Program-made: the position numbers and the translations under genes
Shown here: one piece after another, positions 29,536 through 37,925 of the stretch
Layout: the number at the start of each line of letters is the position of its first letter
How positions within the stretch are numbered: the stretch's first letter is position 1
Assembly (NCBI GenBank): GCA_051871515.1
Contig: JBJECY010000081.1
Location: 15,894 to 79,893 of the forward strand
Reading direction: 5' to 3'
From: Muribaculaceae bacterium
GTDB taxonomy: Bacteria > Bacteroidota > Bacteroidia > Bacteroidales > Muribaculaceae
DNA length: 64,000 nt
Notes under the pieces: generated by a model
Told to the model about the DNA's origin: nothing
The model's input: the letters and a program-made list of their open reading frames with translations, nothing else
The model's database searches: none

Positions 29536-30306
29536 TTATTTGTTGTTTTTAATTTGTTCGTTTAATATCAATTTTTTAAGAAATCTTATTTGGTCTGCAA
29601 AGTAAATACTTTTTTCTGGAAATTTCAAACTTATGTTGGTTATAATTTCCAAAGCCTTTGAATATTTGTGCTGTTTTATGTAAATTTTAGCCAAACTTTC
29701 GCTAAACATTGAGGAATCAACCTCTTCGGCGGCATCAATGTTATCGTTGTGCACTTGGCTCACTTCTGAGTTTTCTTCTTGCTCTTGCTTGATGATTTGC
29801 GATGGGAAGTGTCCTTCTTGTTGTTTTGATTTGGCTATGAAATCGTTGATAAGTTGCTCGTTTTTAGTGGTTGCTTCGCCTGATTGTGGCATGCTTTGCT
29901 GTTCTTGTGCGGCAAGTATGTCGGCATAGTCGGGCATCGGGTTAAAGATGAGCGCGTTGAGCACTTCAATCTCTTTCTCGTTGGTAGAGCCAAAAGTATT
30001 GAGGAATGTGTCGATGGCATTTTCGGTGCTTGGGCGCGGTGTTGTAAGTTCAGGCGGATAGAATTGAGCAAATTTTTTTGCGCTCTCGCCAAGCACGCAA
30101 TAAAGGCTTTTGCGGTTGGGCGAGGAGATGGCAAGGCGGCTCATAAGGGCGTGCTGTTGCTCATCGCCTCGGTTGCCTTGTTGCTTTAGGTAAAGCAAAA
30201 TGGGCAGGGTGAAATAGGGGTATTGCTCCATTGCTTGCGTGCACCATTCTGTTGATGAGCTTATTTCGCCTTGCAGCATTTGCCTTATTGTGGTGGTGAT
30301 GTCCAT
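29536..30306 (-). CDS. Hypothetical protein, helical, directly upstream of secG
   Basis: 256-aa ORF with a 3-nt gap to secG. I recognised no motif. Confidence 0.5.
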   Translation of the reverse strand: MDITTTIRQMLQGEISSSTEWCTQAMEQYPYFTLPILLYLKQQGNRGDEQQHALMSRLAISSPNRKSLYCVLGESAKKFAQFYPPELTTPRPSTENAIDTFLNTFGSTNEKEIEVLNALIFNPMPDYADILAAQEQQSMPQSGEATTKNEQLINDFIAKSKQQEGHFPSQIIKQEQEENSEVSQVHNDNIDAAEEVDSSMFSESLAKIYIKQHKYSKALEIITNISLKFPEKSIYFADQIRFLKKLILNEQIKNNK

Positions 30307-30382
30307 TTGTTGTGGCGCGTGGGTTTATGTTATTATTATTGAATAATTTTCCAAAAATTTTTTGAGTTAGTGGAGTGATGTG

Positions 30383-30892
30383 TCACCAGTTGCCAAATGT
30401 CTGGTTGAAGATGAGGTCGGCAAGTTCTTTGCTTATTTCTTCACACAATTGGTCTTGCACATCGGTTAGCATCTCGCTGCTGTCAAAGTCGCGATACGAC
30501 GAGAAAGTTTGGTCGCTTTCTTTGTCAGGGTTCACATTATCTATATACTTCACTCTCACAGTGATGGTGAGGCGTGTTCTTGATGCATAGGCGTTGTCGT
30601 TAACAGCCTGTGGCGAGAGTGTGTAGCCTGTGATTTCGCCTTCAAGCCGCAAGTCGGTGTTTGGCGAGTCTTGCATTTTTAGGCGCGTTTGACGTGTAAC
30701 CATGTCGGTGACGGTGTTTTCAAACAGTTGCTGCAATGGAGGATAAACCAGAGCGGCGCGTATGGGAAATTCACCTATCGATACGGTTTTATATTTAGTG
30801 TAGTCAATCGATGAGCCGTTGAATTTGAAAGATGGAATGCAGGCTTGCAAAGCTATCAACAGTGGCACTATGAGTAATAATCGCTTCAGCAT
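30383..30892 (-). CDS. LptE-like LPS-assembly lipoprotein
   Basis: 169 aa with lipobox LIALQAC. It occupies the conserved position after the sigma-54 activator in Bacteroidales. Confidence 0.6.
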   Translation of the reverse strand: MLKRLLLIVPLLIALQACIPSFKFNGSSIDYTKYKTVSIGEFPIRAALVYPPLQQLFENTVTDMVTRQTRLKMQDSPNTDLRLEGEITGYTLSPQAVNDNAYASRTRLTITVRVKYIDNVNPDKESDQTFSSYRDFDSSEMLTDVQDQLCEEISKELADLIFNQTFGNW

Positions 30893-30960
30893 AAATATAT
30901 ATAATGTGGTAATCCTATTAGAATTTTTATTTAATTTTTTTGAGAGTGGTGAGAGAGATG

Positions 30961-32310
30961 TTATTTATACTTATCGCCGAGGTTATATTCCTCAATTTTG
31001 CGGTAAAGCGTGCGCTCGCTTATTTTCAGCTGTTCGGCGGTGATTTTGCGTCGGCCTTTGTTGCGCGTCAGCGCTTGTTCAATGGCTTCTTTCTCAATTT
31101 CTTCAAGCGATTTATATTCGTAGTTGGTATCGCTCAATTCCTCCAAATTGTCTTTGGGAATGTCCTCAATATACTCTGATTTATGTTTTGAAGTGTAAGT
31201 CTTTTTAGGAGCATTCATGATTGAAGGATTAAGAGCAATTGGAGCTGGGTTGTGTTCCAAAGCCGTGGGTTGAAAACTATCTAACTCCACGCTTTTGCTC
31301 AAAGTCGGCATTGTGATGCTATGGTTAAGTTCTCGGCTTGAGGCTACTGGCGTAGGGTCGATGTTTGCCACCGGGGCGGCTTTGGTTTCAAGTGTTTTTA
31401 TTTTTTCCTTCATGTTTTCAAGCTCGTTGAAGAGTTTTGAAATCATGTTGAGCAACATGGTGTTCATTGTGTCGTTGCTGCTGTTGACGGTGGCAACGCT
31501 TGTGGTGAGCACTGTGTCGGTAGGAATGTATGTCTTGATGATGTCGGCCGATATTTCTTTGCCGGCTTCATAAACGCAAATGCGCTCAATGAGGCTCTTT
31601 AGCTGGCGCACGTTGCCCGGCCATGAATACATGGTGAGCGCATTGAGTGCGTCTTCGCTAAATTTCACAGGCACGGTTTTGTTTTTCTCGGCAAAATCGT
31701 GGGCAAACACTCTCACAATCATGCGAATGTCGTCGGTGCGGTCGCGCAACGCGGGTATATCAATTTGTATGGTTGAGAGGCGGTAATAAAGGTCTTCGCG
31801 GAATTTGCCTTCTTTCACTGCTTTGAGCAGGTCTTTGTTGGTGGCAGCCACCACGCGCACGTCGGTTTTCTGCACCACGTCAGAACCCACTTTTATGTAT
31901 TCTCCGTTTTGCAGCACGCGCAGCAGTCTTGCTTGTGTGGCAAGGGGCATCTCAGCCACCTCGTCGAGGAAGATGGTGCCGCCGTTGGTTTCCTCAAAAT
32001 AGCCGCGGCGGTCTTTGTCGGCTCCGGTGAAGGCGCCTTTAACATGTCCAAATAGTTCACTTTCGATGGTGCCTTCAGGAATGGCGCCGCAGTTAACCAC
32101 GGTGTAGCGTTTGTTCTTGCGGCGGCTGTAGCGGTGTATGATTTGCGGAAAAAATTCCTTACCTGAACCGCTCTCGCCAATTATGAGCACCGAGAGGTCG
32201 AATGGTGCCACTTTTAGGGCTCGTTCAATGGCAATGTTGAGTGCAGTGGAGTTGCCAACAATTGAAAATTGCTGCTTCACTGAGAGTATGTTGGTGTTAT
32301 CGGTTGCCAT
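30961..32310 (-). CDS. Sigma-54-dependent transcriptional activator (AAA+ plus Fis-type HTH, no N-terminal sensor domain)
   Basis: Walker A GESGSGKE, GAFTGA loop, Walker B TIFLDEV and C-terminal HTH ITAEQLKISERTLYRKI. Confidence 0.85.
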   Translation of the reverse strand: MATDNTNILSVKQQFSIVGNSTALNIAIERALKVAPFDLSVLIIGESGSGKEFFPQIIHRYSRRKNKRYTVVNCGAIPEGTIESELFGHVKGAFTGADKDRRGYFEETNGGTIFLDEVAEMPLATQARLLRVLQNGEYIKVGSDVVQKTDVRVVAATNKDLLKAVKEGKFREDLYYRLSTIQIDIPALRDRTDDIRMIVRVFAHDFAEKNKTVPVKFSEDALNALTMYSWPGNVRQLKSLIERICVYEAGKEISADIIKTYIPTDTVLTTSVATVNSSNDTMNTMLLNMISKLFNELENMKEKIKTLETKAAPVANIDPTPVASSRELNHSITMPTLSKSVELDSFQPTALEHNPAPIALNPSIMNAPKKTYTSKHKSEYIEDIPKDNLEELSDTNYEYKSLEEIEKEAIEQALTRNKGRRKITAEQLKISERTLYRKIEEYNLGDKYK

Positions 32311-32385
32311 GTTATTTATATTTTTATTGTGGTTGTTTATAAATAGAAGTTGATTTATCAGTGTATTCGCTTTTTTTGAAAGCGC

Positions 32386-33240
32386 TTACTTCAGCTTGCG
32401 CATTTCAAAGGTCTTTGCCTTGAGAAATTCGCCCAATTGGTCAAGGTCGTCGTATTTTTCAATTTCTTCAAAGGGTATGGGGTCTCCAACCGAGATGTGC
32501 AAGGTGGCATTTTTTTTGCGGAATACCTCGGCAGGCAGGCGCAATGTGCGCAATTGCCAGCTCACAACGCCCAGAAAATTAAACCACCAGCTGTTGCGGC
32601 TGTGAAAATAGATGGGCACCACTGGCACGCGCATCTGCTTGATGAGGCGTATGATGGTGGGTTGCCATTTGCGGTCCTCAATGTGCATGTTGCGGCTTAT
32701 TTTTGACACTGCTCCGGCTGGGAAAAAGCCCATAGGCTCGCCGCTGCGCACTTGCATCATGGCGGCTTTGATGCCTTGCATCGACACGGCTTTCTTCTTT
32801 GGGTCGCTCGATGCCAAAGCGTCAACGGCTATGAAGTTGGGGCGCATTGCCGAGATGTAGTTGAGCACCATGTTCACCATCACTTTGAATTTAGGGCGGC
32901 GCTGTCCCACAATCTTTATTAGGGCTATGCCGTCGAGTGCTCCAAGTGGGTGGTTCGATACGGTGATGAAGCTGCCTTCGGGCAGATTGTCGAGCACTTG
33001 CTCATTGTCGATGCGCAATTTTATGTTGAGGTCTTTGAGCAATCCTTCAACAAATGGCACTCCTGGAGTGTCGCAGTTGTGGTCATGAATCCAGTTAACT
33101 TTGTCAACGGCAAATAGTTTAAGCAGAATTTTCACAAGCTTTTCTTTTCCGTCGAAGAAAGGCACCATCTTGCGTATATCGTTATAATCAAGTACCGTGC
33201 GTTTTATAGGGGTTTCTTCCATAATATGCTGTTTTTTCAA
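32386..33240 (-). CDS. Lysophospholipid (PlsC-type) acyltransferase family protein
   Basis: HX4D motif NHPLGALDG and a FPAG motif; 284 aa. Confidence 0.7.
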   Translation of the reverse strand: MKKQHIMEETPIKRTVLDYNDIRKMVPFFDGKEKLVKILLKLFAVDKVNWIHDHNCDTPGVPFVEGLLKDLNIKLRIDNEQVLDNLPEGSFITVSNHPLGALDGIALIKIVGQRRPKFKVMVNMVLNYISAMRPNFIAVDALASSDPKKKAVSMQGIKAAMMQVRSGEPMGFFPAGAVSKISRNMHIEDRKWQPTIIRLIKQMRVPVVPIYFHSRNSWWFNFLGVVSWQLRTLRLPAEVFRKKNATLHISVGDPIPFEEIEKYDDLDQLGEFLKAKTFEMRKLK

Positions 33241-33638
33241 AAAAATGCTTTCACTCTATATTTTTTTTATTTGAGTGAATGAGTTTATAAATCAATACAA
33301 TTTATGTGTTGCTAAAGTTTTGGCGCACATGATGCTGCCTGTGCAACAGTTATCGCCAACAAAGGTACTAAAAGATTTGCGGAAACTGACAAAATTGCAG
33401 TTTTTTTGAACAATTTCAACTAAATTTAAAATAATAGCAAGTTTTTTTTTGAGCAAGTGTGCTTAAAAACAGTGTGTGGTGGATAGGTGTTGAAAAAAAT
33501 CTCAGCCAGCGCATTGTTTGTTTTGTTGTTACCAAAACAGGTGCGTTGGCTGAGGGTAAAATAAGTGATGTGAAAATAATTTTCAGTTAACTAAGGTGTG
33601 CAATGCGCACACGCACATGGGAGGAAAAACTGTGTTGT

Positions 33639-36449
33639 TTATTCCACCACAAGCCATGTGAATCCCAAAGCCGGGATTTTCACGGTGATGCGTGCTTTGC
33701 CGTCGGGCGAGAGGTTATATTTCACCGGTGTGCCTTCTTGCTCGCGTATCATTGCCGAGTTAGTGAGAGAAGTGTAATAGAGCGGAAGGTCGATGGTGCG
33801 CTCAATATCCTTGTCGGTTGGGTTAAACAGCATGGCAAGTGCTTTTTGCTTAAGTTGCGGGTTCACGTGCATGATGCCGTCCCAGTCGCGAGCGTCAGGC
33901 TTGCGCAGGTGAATGATGTCGCTGTTGAGTATATCGCGATATTTCTTGTACCAGTTAACCACTTCAAGAACCACCGCTTTAGTTTCAGGCGTATCATAGA
34001 GGCGCGGACCGCGATAGCAGGCTTGCACGCCGGCGCCATAGTTCTGATACATGAGTGTGCGGTATTCATAAAGGTGTTCTGAGAGCGGCTCAATGGTTGC
34101 TGCTTCACCTCCGCCGTGATATTGCACCAATGGCACAAAGCTCCACAGCGACGATGGAATGCGTTCCCAAGTGCAGTCGTAGTTAAGTTGGCGAGTGTGT
34201 ATGAGCTGGCGGTCACGCGGCAACGACCAGTTGGTTTCGCGATAACCTATTGAAACCTTAGTTGAGCCGTTGAGCATATAATAGTCAGGCACATTAAGGT
34301 AGATGCCGTTGGCAAGCATCCAGTGATAGAGGTCGGTGATTTTCTTAAACTGGTTCCATTGCGAGTCGCCCAATCCCTTATGGTGAGTGTGGGTGGTTGA
34401 TGCGCACACGTCGCCGGGATAAGAGCCGTCGTGTTCAAAGCACGACATTCCGGTGCGGGTGAAGAATGTTTCTATTTTGTGGAAATATTCGTGACCCCAA
34501 TCGCTGCACAAGCAAGGCGAGCTGCCAAAGGTCATGCCGCCGCGTTTGCCGGTTTTTGGGTTGATGCAGTCAACTTCGTCGCTAATCCAGCGGCTGGCAA
34601 GCAGTGAGTAGCAACCCATCTCTATGCCTTTTGAGTGGGCATAGTCAACAAATTGCTTGTATTTGGCAATGTTTTCTTCTGAAATGTCTTCGGCATTGAG
34701 TCCTGAACCAAAGCTCAAAATAATCATCTCATATCCACATTCGGAGCATTGGTCAATTGCTTTTTTCACCGTCTCGGGTTTGGTTGAGGTGAGGTGCAGG
34801 AACATTGGGTTTTGTGAGGTCCAAGGCGACACGGCACGTTGCATCTTACGTTTGAAGAGGCCGTTGCGCTCGCGGTCGTAGCTGTCGAAAGGCATCTCAT
34901 AGACGCTGAACGATTTGAAGGTATCGCCGTTGTTAACGTCTTGGTCAGGACCGGTTTTCAGGCTCACGTCGAGGATACACTTGGTTTGAAGCCCGTAGTT
35001 GCGTTGTGAGGTGTAGAGCGAGTCGTTTACCCAATGCTCGGTGATGTCACTTTCGCGTTCGGTGAATGAGCCGTGGCATGTGAAGTCGCTCTCAACGTGT
35101 ATGTTTGGCAGCATAAATGTTGCCGGGTCGCCTCCCGATGGCGATTCAGGCTCAGCCATCGCCAAATATTCAAGTTTAAACGAGTCAACGTTGATGTTGC
35201 TGCCGGTGTTGTTCACAAGCTCAAAGCGCTTTTTGATGAGAGGCAGTTGGTCATAGATTGAAAAATGGAGTTTCACCACCACTTGCTGCATTTGATGCTC
35301 GCCGCGCAGTGTGAACACCACTTCCTTGCCGGTGGCAAACTCTTTGTTGAGTGCCCAACGATTGATTTTCCAATCAAGGTTGCCCGAGATGGGTTGTATT
35401 TCAAAATCTTCAACCAAAAACGAACCAGGAATGGTGGTGAGTTTGTCAAGCCAATCTTCTTTGATGTAGGCACGTTCGGGTTGTCCTGCCAAACCGCCAA
35501 TGAGATATTGCTGAGAGTTGATGGTAATGCGTCCTTCGTCGCTCACGGCACGCAATATGCTCTCGCCAATCATGCGGTTGACGTAGTTGGTGGTGGCAAG
35601 GTTGGGGAATATGCGCAACGTGCGCGACACCATGTCGTTGGCAATCACTATGCCTTTGCGGTCGGGGGTGGCATAGATGCCGGCTTTTGATTTTTCTGGT
35701 GTCACAAGCCAGTCGAACGGAGTGATATCAGATATCAATGCATCGTAAACGGGCAGGGCGTTGATTTTATCTTGCAAATTCTTAGCCACCTTGGCGCTCA
35801 TTTGCGGACCTTTGCCCACCATGTCGGCATGAACGCTATAAGGTTGTTTATTCTTGTAGGTGATAACCGGCTCAATCCACAAAGCAGCGTCGCCGCTGGG
35901 AGTATCGCCGCCGTCGTCAACCACCAGTTCAAGCATGTTTATGCCTTTCAGCTCAATGTCGATGGGCATAGCGGCTTGCGATGTTGTCATAACGCCACTA
36001 TTAAACAGCTCTTTGCCGTCGCCTTTTACAATAAAGCGCACACTGGCACGCTCAATGCGTCCGCTATTGCTTGCCAATGCCACAAACTGCTTGTTTGAGT
36101 TGTTGGTGAAATACATATTTGTGCCATCGGTGAGTGTTTCGGTGGTGAGGTTTTTGTCTTTGATGTTCACTTTGCCGTCGGGCACGCCCACTTTGGCGGT
36201 GAAACGGGTTGCATCACCGTTGAGCATGAGTTTAAGCACGCTTGATGAGTGAGTACCAATCACGTCGGTGTAGTTCACGCCTTTCACGTTGGCAGCTGTA
36301 CCGCTCACGGTGCTGCCCACTTGCGGAGTGCCGTAAGATTGGCGCATATTGCTCACGTTGAGCTTTGTCACGCTGATTTGCTTCTGTGCCATTGCCGGCG
36401 TAGCAAGTGCAAGTGACAAAATGGTGGTTAAGATGATTGAAATTTTCAT
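33639..36449 (-). CDS. Secreted NPCBM/NEW2-domain protein, putative glycoside hydrolase
   Basis: Signal peptide MKISIILTTILSLALATPAMAQ. The N-terminal region (YGTPQVG...GVNYTDVIGTHSSSVLKL...FTAKVGV) resembles an NPCBM carbohydrate-binding module. The start is set at ATG 36449 and the GH family is not assigned. Confidence 0.6.
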   Translation of the reverse strand: MKISIILTTILSLALATPAMAQKQISVTKLNVSNMRQSYGTPQVGSTVSGTAANVKGVNYTDVIGTHSSSVLKLMLNGDATRFTAKVGVPDGKVNIKDKNLTTETLTDGTNMYFTNNSNKQFVALASNSGRIERASVRFIVKGDGKELFNSGVMTTSQAAMPIDIELKGINMLELVVDDGGDTPSGDAALWIEPVITYKNKQPYSVHADMVGKGPQMSAKVAKNLQDKINALPVYDALISDITPFDWLVTPEKSKAGIYATPDRKGIVIANDMVSRTLRIFPNLATTNYVNRMIGESILRAVSDEGRITINSQQYLIGGLAGQPERAYIKEDWLDKLTTIPGSFLVEDFEIQPISGNLDWKINRWALNKEFATGKEVVFTLRGEHQMQQVVVKLHFSIYDQLPLIKKRFELVNNTGSNINVDSFKLEYLAMAEPESPSGGDPATFMLPNIHVESDFTCHGSFTERESDITEHWVNDSLYTSQRNYGLQTKCILDVSLKTGPDQDVNNGDTFKSFSVYEMPFDSYDRERNGLFKRKMQRAVSPWTSQNPMFLHLTSTKPETVKKAIDQCSECGYEMIILSFGSGLNAEDISEENIAKYKQFVDYAHSKGIEMGCYSLLASRWISDEVDCINPKTGKRGGMTFGSSPCLCSDWGHEYFHKIETFFTRTGMSCFEHDGSYPGDVCASTTHTHHKGLGDSQWNQFKKITDLYHWMLANGIYLNVPDYYMLNGSTKVSIGYRETNWSLPRDRQLIHTRQLNYDCTWERIPSSLWSFVPLVQYHGGGEAATIEPLSEHLYEYRTLMYQNYGAGVQACYRGPRLYDTPETKAVVLEVVNWYKKYRDILNSDIIHLRKPDARDWDGIMHVNPQLKQKALAMLFNPTDKDIERTIDLPLYYTSLTNSAMIREQEGTPVKYNLSPDGKARITVKIPALGFTWLVVE

Positions 36450-36491
36450 TGAAAAATAATGTTTTGATTTATGAGTTTTTGTTCTAAGTTG

Positions 36492-36499
36492 CAAATATA
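36492..36499 (-). promoter_or_regulatory. -7 box (reverse complement TAtaTTTG) for the NPCBM gene
   Basis: caaatata on the + strand, 43 nt upstream of ATG 36449. Confidence 0.4.
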
Positions 36500-36635
36500 G
36501 TGATTTATAGCCAAGCAAAGATGCTAATTTTTAATAAATTATCAAATTTTTGAATGAATCAATATAAAACAATGACAATCAATAATTGATTACTGACATT
36601 GTTTTTTTTCGGAGGAGCGTTTGGTATGGCGTTCG

Positions 36636-37345
36636 CCGCTGTTTTGCGGCTGGGATGAAGATTTTTTGCTTATAGTTAATGTCATCCGCCTGTAGGGGCG
36701 TATCGCAATACGCCCGGAATCGGTGTGCCGTGAGGTTAATTCGTTTAAATCCAAAATGCACGCATTGGTATTTACCGGGGCCACGCCGCGGTCGCCGGGC
36801 GTATTGATATACGCCCAAAACACACGCATTGGTATTTATCGGGGCCTCGCCGCGGTCACCGGGCGTATTGCTATACGCCCCTACAACAACGCATCACATT
36901 ATTTGGTGGCCATGCTGCGGTTGTCGGGCGTATTGCGATACGCCCCTACATACTTCGCACCGTTTTTGCGGCTGGGATGAAGATTATTTTCCTATGGTTA
37001 ATGCCATCCGCCTGTAGGGGCGTATTGCTATACGCCCGGAATCGGTATGCCGTGGGGTTAATTCGTTGAAATCCAAAATGCACGCATTGGTATTTACCGG
37101 GGCCACGCCGCGGTCATCGGGCGTATTGCTAACGCCCATACATACTTCGCACCGTTTTTGCGGTTGGGATGAAGATTATTTGCTTATAGTTAATGCCATC
37201 TGCCTGTAGGGGCGTATCGCAATACGCCCGGAATCGGTGTGCTGTGGGGTTAATTCTTTTAAATCCAAAATACATGCATTGGTATTTATCGGGTCCACGT
37301 TGCGGTCACCGGGTGTATTGCGATACGCCCCTACAACAACTCATC
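36636..37345. repeat. REP-like palindromic repeat array 1 (8 copies of GGGCGTAT-N4-ATACGCCC within 3 larger composite units)
   Basis: Palindromes at 36696, 36797, 36861, 36926, 37018, 37119 (degenerate), 37210 and 37311. Composite units start at about 36636, 36955 and 37147. Confidence 0.9.
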
Positions 37346-37349
37346 ATCT

Positions 37350-37892
37350 TTACGGTTTTGGTAGCAAAGACGTGCAGCGGTGTAGCCCGGTGTTGATGAT
37401 GGTGTTGACTGCTGCGGTGTCTTGTAGCGCTTCGTTCAAAGTGATGGGCAGCCGGTACATGTGGGTGAGTGGCTGTGAGTCGATTATTTTGCTTTTGAGT
37501 GTGGCGGTGCTTGGCACTTGCGTGAGCGCAGCATATTCATCGTAGGTGTAGGATGTAAATGCCACGTTGGCGCCAATGCCTCGCCTGTCGAGCAAATAGC
37601 CTTGTGCCAACTTTATGGGCAATTGCGAGGGGGTGATGTCGCTCGGGTGGGGGTAGTTGGCTATCGAGCCACCGTCAGTCATGTTTATTGGCACGTTTTG
37701 GCTGTAGTCGGCTCGGGTTTTATAAATCACTGCTGGTGGAAGGGCGCTTTGCATGGGCTGCTCAATTACAGCCACGTTGCCGCCTGCCGCCGGTGGTGTG
37801 GTGGCGGCATCTTGTGTGGCAGTGCCCGATTTGCATGATGCCATTGCTGTGATTGCCATTGCTGTGATTAGTGTTTTGATTGTTATGTTCAT
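37350..37892 (-). CDS. Lipoprotein of unknown function, downstream of the C10 protease
   Basis: 180 aa with lipobox AMASC. There is a 33-nt gap to the protease stop. Confidence 0.55.
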   Translation of the reverse strand: MNITIKTLITAMAITAMASCKSGTATQDAATTPPAAGGNVAVIEQPMQSALPPAVIYKTRADYSQNVPINMTDGGSIANYPHPSDITPSQLPIKLAQGYLLDRRGIGANVAFTSYTYDEYAALTQVPSTATLKSKIIDSQPLTHMYRLPITLNEALQDTAAVNTIINTGLHRCTSLLPKP

Positions 37893-37925
37893 TGCATGAG
37901 TGGTGGTTTTGTTTTTTTGGGGGGC

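Noticed and set aside
36579-37545. ORF-track ORFs of 62-102 aa inside repeat array 1 (for example 36579-36818, 36723-36980, 37237-37545).
   Set aside because: They are translations of the REP-like palindromic repeats (recurring peptides such as GVLRYAPTTTHH / RAYCDTPLQ). They overlap on both strands and have no start context, so they are non-coding repeat DNA.
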